Shown here one piece after another: positions 24,222-34,188 of a stretch of DNA of 36,061 nucleotides. Under the pieces are notes generated by a model, which saw only the letters and a program-made list of their open reading frames with translations, was not told where the DNA came from and made no database searches. This DNA is from Nitrososphaerales archaeon. Its GTDB lineage: Archaea; Thermoproteota; Nitrososphaeria; Nitrososphaerales; UBA57. The stretch spans positions 1 to 36,061 of the forward strand of contig JAKUSK010000004.1 of the NCBI GenBank assembly GCA_022449325.1. The letters are read 5' to 3'. The translations under genes and the position numbers were made by a program. Numbering within the stretch: position 1 is the stretch's first letter; each line of letters starts with the position of its first letter.

Positions 24222-25748
24222 GTGGTAAGATTGGCAGATATGAATACAAATAATTTGCATTTGTTAGAAAGAAAGTTATTACAAGTAATGTCGAATAATA
24301 ATGAGGCAGAACTAGAGGATTTAGTGAACGATTCAGGACTTACTTTGGATCAGATAAGAAGGTCTGTAGAATGGCTCAAGGAGAAGAATCTAATTGAAGT
24401 AAAGATGACAGAAATGAAGTTAATCTCATTGGGTAAAGAAGGTGAAAATACAAAGAAAAATGGATTGCCTGAAAAAAGATTAGTAAATAAGTTGAAAACT
24501 GGAGAAGAAATAGAACTATCAGAATTACCAAAAAAAATAGATTTGAATCAAGATGAGTTATCGGCGGCATTAGGATATGCAAGAGCCGAAAAGTGGATTA
24601 CAATATTTAAAAAAGACAACAAAGTAATGATAAGAAGAGAAGGCAAAGAGGCAGAATCTAAGATAGAGGATTTATTGAATAAAATTTCAGAACCATTACA
24701 ACTTTCTGAGTTTTCTTCAGAAGAACAAGAAATTTTACGTTCTCTTGTAAAAAGACCGGAATATATTTCCTATGAAGTAGTAAAGAAAACACGTGTAAAA
24801 ATAACGAAAAATGGTTTGGAAGTTTCCAAGAACATAAAAGATGACAATTATATCGACGTATTAACGCCTAAGATGTTGGAATCTGGAGAATGGAGAAATG
24901 CATCATTGAGGCCATTAAATGTAGAATCGCCATCTCCAACAATCTACTCAGGAAAGAAACACCCAGTAAGAATATTCATAGATGAAGTAAGGGAGATTTT
25001 TGTTTCGTTAGGTTTTCAAGAAGTGGAAGGTTCAATTGTGCAATCCTCGTTTTGGAATTTTGATGCTTTGTTCACTCCTCAAGACCATCCTGCTAGAGAG
25101 ATACAAGATACATTTTACATTGAAAATGAAAAAGCGTCACTGGATGTAGATAAACAGATACTGAAAAACGTTGAATCAGTACATAAAGATGGAGCTAATA
25201 CTGGTTCTAAAGGTTGGCGTTATCAATGGAATATAGAACAAGCTAGAAGAATGGTTATGAGAACACATACAACATGTGTTTCAGTGAGAAATTTAGCTGA
25301 CAACAAACCAGATGAGGCAAGGGTATTTTCAGTTGGAAGGGTGTTTCGTAATGAGAAAGTGACTTTTAAGAATCTGGTTGAATTTCATCAAATAGAAGGA
25401 ATAGTAGTTGGGAAAGATGTGACTTTGAGAGATTTAATGGGTCTATTAACTAAATTTTATAAAAAATTAGGCTTTGAGAAAATTAAATTTTGGCCTTCGT
25501 TCTTTCCATATACAGAACCATCACTACAATCAATGGTATATCATGAAGGTTTAGGAAGATGGATAGAACTTGGAGGAATGGGTATATTTAGACCTGAAGT
25601 TACAAGACCACTTGGAGTAAAGAATCCAGTATTGGCATGGGGAAGCGGATTAGAACGATTGGTCATGCTCAGATATGGAATAGACGATGTGAGAAAATTA
25701 TATGAGAATGATCTTGATTGGTTAAGGGGAATTCCATTATGCCCGTAG
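24222..25748 (+). CDS. pheS: Phenylalanine-tRNA ligase alpha subunit (long archaeal type)
   Basis: WNFDALFTPQDHPAREIQDTF, RTHTT, VFRNE, EFHQIEG, FFPYTEPS, GMGIFRPE, GLERL. Confidence 0.96.
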   Translation: MVRLADMNTNNLHLLERKLLQVMSNNNEAELEDLVNDSGLTLDQIRRSVEWLKEKNLIEVKMTEMKLISLGKEGENTKKNGLPEKRLVNKLKTGEEIELSELPKKIDLNQDELSAALGYARAEKWITIFKKDNKVMIRREGKEAESKIEDLLNKISEPLQLSEFSSEEQEILRSLVKRPEYISYEVVKKTRVKITKNGLEVSKNIKDDNYIDVLTPKMLESGEWRNASLRPLNVESPSPTIYSGKKHPVRIFIDEVREIFVSLGFQEVEGSIVQSSFWNFDALFTPQDHPAREIQDTFYIENEKASLDVDKQILKNVESVHKDGANTGSKGWRYQWNIEQARRMVMRTHTTCVSVRNLADNKPDEARVFSVGRVFRNEKVTFKNLVEFHQIEGIVVGKDVTLRDLMGLLTKFYKKLGFEKIKFWPSFFPYTEPSLQSMVYHEGLGRWIELGGMGIFRPEVTRPLGVKNPVLAWGSGLERLVMLRYGIDDVRKLYENDLDWLRGIPLCP

Positions 25749-27400
25749 TTACAGTCTATTATGATAGAATGTTTTCAATGTTGAAAGGTAAGATTTCAAA
25801 GGATCAGTTAATAGAAAAGATTCCTTATCTTGGTTTGGACATAGAAGAAGAAAATGACGAATATATCAAAATAGAATATAATCCAAACCGTCCAGATTAT
25901 TCAACGGATTACGGAATTGCAAGATCTTTGAATAGCTTCTTAGATTTTGAAACTGAATATTCAAAATATGATATTAATGAAAGTGAATTTGTCATTAATG
26001 TTGATAAATCAACGGAACAGGTCAGACAATACATTGTGGCTGCCGTAATAAAAGATATAAAACTGGATGACGAGACAATCAGGCAAATAATTACAATGCA
26101 AGAAGATTTGCATAATGGTATTGGAAGAAAAAGGAAGAAAGTGGCCATAGGAATTCATAATTTGGATGTTATAAAATCACCTTTGGAATATATTACAGTG
26201 GATGATTCATTTTCATTCATTCCATTAAACAAAGATTCTGACATGACTGTAAAGGAAATATTGAATTCAGAAATAGGAAATCAATATGCAAATATACTTT
26301 TAGGAAATAATCGATATCCGATCATAAGGGATGCTAACAAACAAGTTTTGTCGTTTCCGCCAATAATCAATGGAGATTTAACAAGGTTAGACTCAAAAAC
26401 AACTAATTTATTTATCGATGTGACGGGAACGGATTTAGATGCAGTATCCAATGCATTATCAGTACTGTTTACGACTCTTAATGATGCAGGCGGGAAGGTA
26501 CAATCAGTAGAAATTAACGTTAATAGTTCCAAGATTAGGACTCCCGAAGTCAACGATAACACAATGGAAGTTGAGACAGAATATGTCAGGTCACTTCTTG
26601 GATTAGAAATATCGGAAAAGGAAATCATAGAATATTTACGTCGATGTAGAATTTTAGGAGAAATATCGGGAAACAAAGTAGTAATAAAAACAGAGCCATT
26701 TAGATTTGATCTAATTCATCCAGTAGATGTAATTGAAGAGATTGGATTAGGATATGGAATACATAACCTTGAACCAACACTACCAGGGTCAGATATGACT
26801 GGTGGGTTTGATGAGAAACAGCGATTTTTAGACAAGGCAAGAGATGTATTGACAGGTCTTGGATTAATTGAAATAATGACAATCGGGTTAATCAGTGAAG
26901 ATATGCTCGAAAAATCAGAAATGAGTACAAGTGAACTATTGAAAGTAGTCGATACAAAAAGTATTGAGCATGAAGTGTTAAAGAATTCCAATGTTCCCGC
27001 AATTTTGAAAACGTTTTCAAAAAATATACACAAGAAATACCCACAAAGAATTTTTGAGATTTCAAAGGTTTTTGGTAAAAAAGATAACGAGATACATGAG
27101 AATTATCAGCTTACTGTAGGTTTAGCGCATGCAACAGTGAATTTTACAGAGGTTAGTTCTTATCTTAATGCATTCGGCAAACAATTACTCGACATAGATT
27201 TGTCAACGAAAGCTAGTGAGAATGAAATATTTGTGAAAGGCAGAGCAGCAGAAATAATTGATGAAGAAGGAATAAAGGTTGGAGTAATAGGCGAGATTAA
27301 GCCACAGGTTTTAGAAAACTTTGCGTTAAGAACTCCAATTTCATTATTTGATATAAATTTGGATCAGTTGATGAAGAAGAAAATTTCTAAGAACGAATAG
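25739..27400 (+). CDS. pheT: Phenylalanine-tRNA ligase beta subunit
   Basis: MPVV start, PNRPD, QEDLH..IGRKRKKVAIGIH, LSFPPIIN, RFDLIHPVDVIEEI. Confidence 0.95.
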   Translation: MPVVTVYYDRMFSMLKGKISKDQLIEKIPYLGLDIEEENDEYIKIEYNPNRPDYSTDYGIARSLNSFLDFETEYSKYDINESEFVINVDKSTEQVRQYIVAAVIKDIKLDDETIRQIITMQEDLHNGIGRKRKKVAIGIHNLDVIKSPLEYITVDDSFSFIPLNKDSDMTVKEILNSEIGNQYANILLGNNRYPIIRDANKQVLSFPPIINGDLTRLDSKTTNLFIDVTGTDLDAVSNALSVLFTTLNDAGGKVQSVEINVNSSKIRTPEVNDNTMEVETEYVRSLLGLEISEKEIIEYLRRCRILGEISGNKVVIKTEPFRFDLIHPVDVIEEIGLGYGIHNLEPTLPGSDMTGGFDEKQRFLDKARDVLTGLGLIEIMTIGLISEDMLEKSEMSTSELLKVVDTKSIEHEVLKNSNVPAILKTFSKNIHKKYPQRIFEISKVFGKKDNEIHENYQLTVGLAHATVNFTEVSSYLNAFGKQLLDIDLSTKASENEIFVKGRAAEIIDEEGIKVGVIGEIKPQVLENFALRTPISLFDINLDQLMKKKISKNE

Positions 27401-27983
27401 TAACTTTCATAGTCACTTTTTCGAGAGGATTGTCATTACCATCTCTTTTAACATTTACAATTTTATCTGCAACGTCCATTCCTTCAATTACTTCGCCAAA
27501 GACAGTATATTGTCCGTCCAAGAAATTTGAATCTTTTACTACAATAAAGAATTGAGAACCAGCAGAATTAGGATCTTGTGCTCTAGCCATTGACAAGATA
27601 CCACGTTTATGTGGCACGTCGCTAAATTCAGCGTTTATAGTGAATCCAGGACCTCCCTGACCATCGTTGCTGCGATCTTCATCTTTAGAATTAGGATCTC
27701 CTCCTTGAATCATAAAATCAGGTATTACACGGTGGAAAGTAGTTCCATCATAAAATCCATCTTGGGCTAATTTAACGAAATTTTCAACATGTCCTGGAGC
27801 TACGTCAGGATACAATTGAATAACAATATTACCAAAGTTAGTTTCAATAACTGCGATTTGTCTATCACTCATATTATCTGATGAGTTAGAGTTACTATTA
27901 AATGGATTAAATAATATAAATCCAACTGCAATTAAAATTACGACACCAACGATCGCTAAAGTTCTATTATCTAGGCTTGACAT
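27387..27983 (-). CDS. Cyclophilin-type peptidyl-prolyl cis-trans isomerase with an N-terminal membrane anchor
   Basis: FYDGTTFHRVIPDFMIQGGDP, LSMAR, SAGSQFFI, LDGQYTVFGEV; hydrophobic N-terminus followed by an N/S-rich linker. Confidence 0.95.
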   Translation of the reverse strand: MSSLDNRTLAIVGVVILIAVGFILFNPFNSNSNSSDNMSDRQIAVIETNFGNIVIQLYPDVAPGHVENFVKLAQDGFYDGTTFHRVIPDFMIQGGDPNSKDEDRSNDGQGGPGFTINAEFSDVPHKRGILSMARAQDPNSAGSQFFIVVKDSNFLDGQYTVFGEVIEGMDVADKIVNVKRDGNDNPLEKVTMKVTIRS

Positions 27984-28067
27984 AATAATTAAAAAAACAC
28001 AGGGTTCTTATTTATTTCTTTAAAAATAGATAAATCAGCAAAACAAAGCATAATTGTGGTCATAAAG

Positions 28068-28230
28068 ACATTGTGACGGCCGAATCTGAAGTTGTGTGAA
28101 TAATACGTTGATGATTTTTTGGCCACCCAGCGATGTGACAGATCACAGATAGCCCCGAGTTAAGAGGAGTGGTAAGTATGGGCATTAAGCCAAAACAATG
28201 ACCTATTTCAGTCAGAGGCGGGGTATAATT
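28068..28230 (+). ncRNA. Putative two-hairpin box H/ACA pseudouridylation guide RNA
   Basis: Hairpin 1: ACATTGT/GCGATGT, GGCCGAA/TTTGGCC, K-turn boxes CTGA (28086) and TGATGA (28109), ACA at 28138. Hairpin 2: GCCCCG/CGGGGT, GGAGT-GGT/ACC-T-ATTTC, pocket TTAAGA + GTCAGAG, ATA at 28225. Confidence 0.75.
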
Positions 28231-28301
28231 AACATAGTGTTAATAAATAGTGTCAACTTTTAGAAATATAGTCCAATATTATAAAGAATGAAAGGGGAGA
28301 T

Positions 28302-29165
28302 GTGTCATTGAATCGAGAAGAATTAATTAAGGAGTTAGAAATTAGATCTGAAAGTTACATACTAAGATTTGATAAAGCATTAGTCAAAGTATTTGATAAT
28401 CATCAATGGTCTAGTTTTCATGAACCGTTACTTTATGCAACACATGGAGGTAAGAGAATTAGGCCTTTGATTTTAATGCTTGCAGCTGAAGCTGTCGGTG
28501 TTCCGTCTACTAAAACAGATTTAGCTTCAGTAGCTGTGGAACTCTTACATACAGAATCAATTATACATGATGACATAATTGATGAACAAATTAAGAGACG
28601 TGATAGAGATTCATTTCATAAGAGATATGGAAATAATACATCAATTTTAACAGCTGATTTCGTTTTTGGTATAATTCTAGAAATTGCCTCCAGATATAAT
28701 GATCCACGAGTGGCAAAAGAGCTTTCACTTGCTGCAATTAAGATGTGCGAAGGAGAACAAAGAGAACTAAGTATGAATTCACGAGAAGTGCCATGGGTAG
28801 AATACTTGACAGTGAGTAGTGAGAAAACAGCTGCATTATTCCTGACATCATCTAAATTAGGAGCAATAATAGGTGGAGGAAATGAAGAAGAGATAGATGG
28901 TTTAGCTGGATTTGGCGTAAATCTAGGAATTGCATATCAAATTCATGATGACATACTTGATTGGGAAACTGATAGAAAGTTTTCAAATGATATGAACATA
29001 GATAACGAGATTCAAGAAAATGAGTATGTTACATTGACAAAATTAAAAGAAATGGCAAATGTGTATGCGGAAAATGCAAAGAACAGTTTAGACGTAATCA
29101 AAGATTCGGAACAAAAAGAATTCCTGCACGATTTAGCCGATTTTACGATCAGACGGGATTATTAG
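28302..29165 (+). CDS. trans-Polyprenyl diphosphate synthase
   Basis: GGKRIRP, FARM HDDIID..RR, EGEQ, KTA, SARM YQIHDDILD. Confidence 0.92.
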   Translation: MSLNREELIKELEIRSESYILRFDKALVKVFDNHQWSSFHEPLLYATHGGKRIRPLILMLAAEAVGVPSTKTDLASVAVELLHTESIIHDDIIDEQIKRRDRDSFHKRYGNNTSILTADFVFGIILEIASRYNDPRVAKELSLAAIKMCEGEQRELSMNSREVPWVEYLTVSSEKTAALFLTSSKLGAIIGGGNEEEIDGLAGFGVNLGIAYQIHDDILDWETDRKFSNDMNIDNEIQENEYVTLTKLKEMANVYAENAKNSLDVIKDSEQKEFLHDLADFTIRRDY

Positions 29166-30597
29166 ATAAGAAAGACAATGTAATATCTTCTGAGATATTA
29201 TACAAAACATTTGGAAGTAAACCAGTAACTATGATTATAGCAGAAGCAAACAAAAGAATTGAGACAAAGATGAAAGGCTCTTTTATAGACTTTAGTGATG
29301 TTTCATCCATATACATTCTTTTGATTACTAGTAAATAATAAGCAACAGAAATTGCACTGTTAACAAGTCCTGCAAGAGCAAGCCAAGTATAACCTCCATC
29401 AACTGCTGCGGAAAACAACACTAACTTACTCCAAAATCCATTTAATGGTGGAATTCCTGCTAGACCTAATAATGACAATGCTAAACAGAATGAGGTTATT
29501 GGCATTACTTTAGAAAGACCGTTATAACTATCTAATGAACTACTAGAAGTTTTTAATCTGACTAATGCAACTGCCAAGAAAGCAGAAGCCTGCAAAATTG
29601 CATGATTAAAAGAATGATATAATAAACCAAGTAAACCAAGATCAGAATACGGTAATACAACTAGACCAATGAGAAGATATCCAGCTTGTGCAATACTAGA
29701 ATAAGCAAGCATTCTTGTAATGGATTTTTGAGTAAGTGCGGCAAGATTGCCAAGAGTCATAGTTACTAAAGCGACAATAGACAAAGCAAGTGCTAAATCA
29801 AAATAAAATAGTGGAAATATTACTGCGAATATTCTTATTGCTGCGGCGAAGCCAGCTTTCTTGGTAGCGGCAGAAAGCAATGCACTGATAGTCGTAGGAG
29901 AACCCTCGTATGTATCTGGAATCCACATATGGAATGGAACAATTGATAATTTCAAGCCAAGACCTGCAAGCATAGAGATTGTAGAAAATATTATGAATGG
30001 AAGCATATCTGCAGAAACCGTAGGGAGAGACTGAGATATAATTTCAAGATTAGTAGAGCCTGTAATTCCAAACATTAATGAGATACCATAAAGAAGAATT
30101 CCCGACGATAAGGCGCCTAGAATAAAGAATTTGACTGCAGCTTCGTTGGAAAGTTTATCTTGTTTATTATATCCAGCCAAAATAAACGTAGGAAGACTCA
30201 TCAATTCCCATGCGACAAATATAACAAGGAGATCTACTGCAAAGGAAAGCATAGTCATTCCAATTGCTGTAAATAATAATAGTGAATAATAGATATTTTC
30301 ATTTGAATTACCTTTCATGTAATCAAACGAGGTTATGGTAACAAACAATGTTACTAAGATAACCATGAGACTAAAAAATGAACCAAGAGTGTCGTTACGA
30401 AGAAGATGAGGGACAGTAGATTCTTGAGGTGTAAGAGATAATGTGGAACTAATCAATAAAACTAAAGAGACCAACAATGAAAGTGTAGTAATATATTGAA
30501 CGTATTTTATGGATTTTTTACCAAATATTATTCCATATAGTGGAGAGGTAACTGCAACAGAAGTTAAAATAATGAGTACTATGATTGGAGTATCCAA
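29149..30597 (-). CDS. nuoN: Complex I subunit N
   Basis: AWELMSLP, EAAVKFF, KLSIVPFHMWIPDTYEGSP, RMLAYSSIAQAG, AGIPPLNGFWSK. Confidence 0.93.
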   Translation of the reverse strand: MDTPIIVLIILTSVAVTSPLYGIIFGKKSIKYVQYITTLSLLVSLVLLISSTLSLTPQESTVPHLLRNDTLGSFFSLMVILVTLFVTITSFDYMKGNSNENIYYSLLLFTAIGMTMLSFAVDLLVIFVAWELMSLPTFILAGYNKQDKLSNEAAVKFFILGALSSGILLYGISLMFGITGSTNLEIISQSLPTVSADMLPFIIFSTISMLAGLGLKLSIVPFHMWIPDTYEGSPTTISALLSAATKKAGFAAAIRIFAVIFPLFYFDLALALSIVALVTMTLGNLAALTQKSITRMLAYSSIAQAGYLLIGLVVLPYSDLGLLGLLYHSFNHAILQASAFLAVALVRLKTSSSSLDSYNGLSKVMPITSFCLALSLLGLAGIPPLNGFWSKLVLFSAAVDGGYTWLALAGLVNSAISVAYYLLVIKRMYMDETSLKSIKEPFIFVSILLFASAIIIVTGLLPNVLYNISEDITLSFLSNNPV

Positions 30598-30598
30598 G

Positions 30599-32092
30599 TT
30601 ATGCTGCGCCTCCTGAGACTAAAGATGCGTAGAAAGTCGATATTGGATTTGCCACGTCCAGAATCAACCAAGGAGCAATAAGTGTAAGAACTAACGGAAC
30701 AAGATATAAGATAAGAGCTAGAGTGGAAATATTACTCAAATCCCATTTTTTGGTACCTGGTTTTATGTCTGACATGACGACACGGCGTAACATCCACAAG
30801 AAATAACCAACAGTAATAGCAGGTACAGCAACAATCAATGCATAAATTGTATTAACCTGAATTGCTCCAAGAATTACCAGATATTCGCTTATGAAAGTAC
30901 TAAAGATCGGAATACACATAGCGGCCATAGAGCCCAAAATTAAAAGAGTGGCCAACCTAGGACTGGAAAATTTCAATCCTTTAATGACAGTGATATTACG
31001 TGTGCCTGTAGCTTCGTGTAGATATCCAGACAACATGAACATAATTCCTACTGCAGCAGCGTGAGTAAACATTTGGAATATTGAACCAGAAATTCCGAAA
31101 ACAGTTCCAGTAAAGGCACCGACCATAACAAATCCCATATGGTTGACACTAGTCAATGCAATCATTTTCTTGATATCAGTTTGAACAATTGCTACTATTG
31201 CGCCGTAAAACATAGTAATTATTCCAACAAGAATAAAGATCCAAGCGTATTGAGCGGATGCTTCGGGAAGAAGGCCGATGTTGAAACGTAGAAATCCATA
31301 ACCGCCCATCTTCAACAGTAAACCTGCAAGAAATACACTAATTGGAGCAGGAGCTTCAACATGTGCATCTGGAAGCCAGGTATGGAATGGGACTACAGGA
31401 AGTTTAACGCCAAAGCCAATGAAGAAAAGTACTGAAGAAATTACTTGAAGGCTTAATGGGATTTTTCCAGCAACTTCAGGAATGTTAAATGAATGTGGTG
31501 CGACGTTGAAATAAATGAGAATAAATGCAAGAAGCATGAAAATACTTCCCACGAAAGTAAACAAGAAGAATTTCATTGCAGCATAGCGTTTACGTGGACC
31601 TCCCCAAATTCCTATAAATAGAAACATTGGAATCAATACTATATCCCAGAAAACATAGAACAGAATCATGTTTAATTGAGTGAATACACCCATTATCGAT
31701 CCTTGGAAAATGAAAATCATAGAATAATAAAGGACTTTACGATCTTCGATTAAATCTCGTGAACCGAATAAAACTAACAAAGTTAAGATCGAAGTAATGA
31801 GAACAAGTGGTCCACTAAGACCATCCATACCAACTAAATAGTCAATACCGAAATTACCGATAATTGATATAGGGCCTTCGACAAAATTATATTCGCCGCC
31901 GCTGCCATTTGTTAGAATTAGTCCATAAGAATAGAAAGTAATTGCTAATTCGATTAATGCAACTATAATGGCATAATGAATTATGTATTTTTGAGAGTTC
32001 TTGAATAACAATGGAATAGCAAGACCGGCTAAAATAGGCATGGCAATTAGAACAGAAATAAGTGGAAAACTAGCATCTACCATCATAATCAC
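30599..32092 (-). CDS. nuoM: Complex I subunit M (copy 2)
   Basis: DGLS, FYVFWD, KFFLFT, VKLPVVPFHTWLPDAHVEAP, LLKMGGYG, TSVNHMG, FISE. Confidence 0.9.
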   Translation of the reverse strand: MIMMVDASFPLISVLIAMPILAGLAIPLLFKNSQKYIIHYAIIVALIELAITFYSYGLILTNGSGGEYNFVEGPISIIGNFGIDYLVGMDGLSGPLVLITSILTLLVLFGSRDLIEDRKVLYYSMIFIFQGSIMGVFTQLNMILFYVFWDIVLIPMFLFIGIWGGPRKRYAAMKFFLFTFVGSIFMLLAFILIYFNVAPHSFNIPEVAGKIPLSLQVISSVLFFIGFGVKLPVVPFHTWLPDAHVEAPAPISVFLAGLLLKMGGYGFLRFNIGLLPEASAQYAWIFILVGIITMFYGAIVAIVQTDIKKMIALTSVNHMGFVMVGAFTGTVFGISGSIFQMFTHAAAVGIMFMLSGYLHEATGTRNITVIKGLKFSSPRLATLLILGSMAAMCIPIFSTFISEYLVILGAIQVNTIYALIVAVPAITVGYFLWMLRRVVMSDIKPGTKKWDLSNISTLALILYLVPLVLTLIAPWLILDVANPISTFYASLVSGGAA

Positions 32093-34188
32093 CCGAGTAA
32101 TATTATCAATGCGATAATTCCTAATGTAAAGACGAAGACATATTGTTCAGCAATACCTGTTTGAAGTTTTCTTATATTATGTGAAAGGAAAATATTCAAA
32201 TTAGCAATTCGGGTAGCAGTTCCATCTACAACATATCGATCGAATCGACCTCCAAGTTTTGAAGAAGAAATAGAATAATTAGGGACTACGATATTGAGTT
32301 TAGATAGAGTTCCTGTTTCTATATATTTATCAGTGAATTTCGATAGTCTTAACGAACCGTTGATGAAAACAATGTAATAGAGAGAATTAATATACCAACG
32401 ATTTTCGAAGAAAGTTTGTAATTTAGATAGAATTGGAATACTAGTTATTACTTGGTTAGGGGACATTCTGTTGCCTATATAGAACAGATAACTAGATCCA
32501 CAGCCAATTATAACCGCAATAATGGAAGTAGAAACTGCTATACGATTAAGAGAAAATTCGTGGTGTTTAATTTCCATATGAACTGAATGTTCAAGATGAT
32601 GAGCTAAAGAACCCTCAAGAAATCCTTCAACAGTTGGACCAGTAAGACCAATACCAAGAGTGAGGATTGCAAGAATTACATAAGGAGCATACATGATAAC
32701 AGGAGCCTCATGAACATGTTTGCCACTAGATTCCATTTTCTTGATATGGTTACTTGGTTTTCCAAAGAAGATCATTCCAATCATTCTGAAACTATAAAAT
32801 GCAGTCATAACTGCGGTGATACTTGCAATAGCATAAAGAGAGATCAGCATAAGAGAGCTTTCTACGCCAAGTATAGAAGCTAATATTGCATCTTTACTCC
32901 AGAAACCACTAAGGAAAGGAATACCTGCCAAAGACCCAGCTGCAATAGTCATCGCAACAAAAGTTATACGCATTTTAGTTCGAAGGCCTCCCATCTCAGT
33001 CATATATTTAGTATGCGTGCCATGAATTATTGCACCAGCTGCCATGAACAATGCAGCTTTGAATATAGCATGGCTGGTTAAATGGAAGAATCCTGCAGTA
33101 TAAGCAAAGACGAAATCACTAGTCAATCCTGCGACACCGAATGCCAACATCATGTAACCAATTTGAGAAACTGTTGAATAAGCAAGAACTTTTTTGAGTT
33201 CTTTAGAGACCATAGCTTGAGATGCAGCTAAGAATGCAGTGATTGCACCTATCCAGGCAACAAATTCAAAGAACGGCATTATCGTAGCAACATTCTCTAC
33301 AGCAGTTACAAAGATAGGTCCGATACGGGCAATTAGAAAGACTCCAGCTTTTACCATTGTTGCGGCATGAATCAAAGCAGATACAGAAGTTGGACCAGCC
33401 ATAGCATCAGGCAACCATTCTTGTAAAGGAAATTGTGCAGATTTACCAATAGCTCCTCCGAATATGAATAAAGCGACAGGAATCAACAATCCTGACTGGG
33501 CCAAGTCTACAGCCCAACCGTGGCTTTCAGACAATTTAACAAAATCAAAAGTTCCTGAGAAGAAGAATAAGGTCAAGATTCCAATGAGAAATGAGACATC
33601 GCCAACTCGTGTCATGAGAAAAGCCTTGCTGCCTGCGTGTGTAGGAGAGAATGCAAGAGGAATTCCCCAGGCTTTTTGTCCAACAGTTCCAACATAATCT
33701 TTTTTCAGATCTTTATTCCAGAAACTGATCAAGCCATATGAACATAAACCTACACCTTCCCAACCAAAGAATAGTTGAAGGAAGTTATCAGATAGAATAA
33801 TGAGTTGCATGCTTCCTATAAAGAAAACCATCAAGAACCAATATCGTGTCATGTTTTCCTCTCCTTTCATGTATCCGAGGCTGTAAATCATAATTGAGAA
33901 TGATAACCATCCGACTATATTCGCCATGAGTATACTTAATGGATCAGCTAAAACACCAGCAGTAATGTCCAATGCCGCAATCCACATAACTTGATGGTGG
34001 AATGATTCTCCTGCGATTGCAATAGGAAGCATCAATGCACAAAGAATTGCAGAGACTAAAGTGGTAGATATTGCATAGTAATCTCTTATTCGATCACCGA
34101 AACGAGCAATAACGGGCATTAATAATGCGCCGAGAATTGGAACGGCAAATACCAGCCATGGAATTAAGTAATTAATTTCTGCAGCCAT
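32089..34188 (-). CDS. nuoL: Complex I subunit L with an extended lateral helix
   Basis: WEGVGLCSY, GKSAQFPLQEWLPDAMAGPTSVSALIHAATMV, AYSTVSQIG, HAIFKA, GFWSKD, LQTG. Confidence 0.95.
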   Translation of the reverse strand: MAAEINYLIPWLVFAVPILGALLMPVIARFGDRIRDYYAISTTLVSAILCALMLPIAIAGESFHHQVMWIAALDITAGVLADPLSILMANIVGWLSFSIMIYSLGYMKGEENMTRYWFLMVFFIGSMQLIILSDNFLQLFFGWEGVGLCSYGLISFWNKDLKKDYVGTVGQKAWGIPLAFSPTHAGSKAFLMTRVGDVSFLIGILTLFFFSGTFDFVKLSESHGWAVDLAQSGLLIPVALFIFGGAIGKSAQFPLQEWLPDAMAGPTSVSALIHAATMVKAGVFLIARIGPIFVTAVENVATIMPFFEFVAWIGAITAFLAASQAMVSKELKKVLAYSTVSQIGYMMLAFGVAGLTSDFVFAYTAGFFHLTSHAIFKAALFMAAGAIIHGTHTKYMTEMGGLRTKMRITFVAMTIAAGSLAGIPFLSGFWSKDAILASILGVESSLMLISLYAIASITAVMTAFYSFRMIGMIFFGKPSNHIKKMESSGKHVHEAPVIMYAPYVILAILTLGIGLTGPTVEGFLEGSLAHHLEHSVHMEIKHHEFSLNRIAVSTSIIAVIIGCGSSYLFYIGNRMSPNQVITSIPILSKLQTFFENRWYINSLYYIVFINGSLRLSKFTDKYIETGTLSKLNIVVPNYSISSSKLGGRFDRYVVDGTATRIANLNIFLSHNIRKLQTGIAEQYVFVFTLGIIALIILLG

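Noticed and set aside
28072..28137. Complementarity of TGTGACGG and GCGATGTG to the 16S 1395-1410 region
   Set aside because: The matches are short and imperfect, the intervening target has no uridine, and these bases are used in the P1 stem.
28059..28184. 41-aa minus-strand ORF (MPILTTPLNSG...) in the cyclophilin-prenyltransferase gap
   Set aside because: It has no protein-like features; the region is better explained by a plus-strand structured RNA with G-U-containing stems and boxes.
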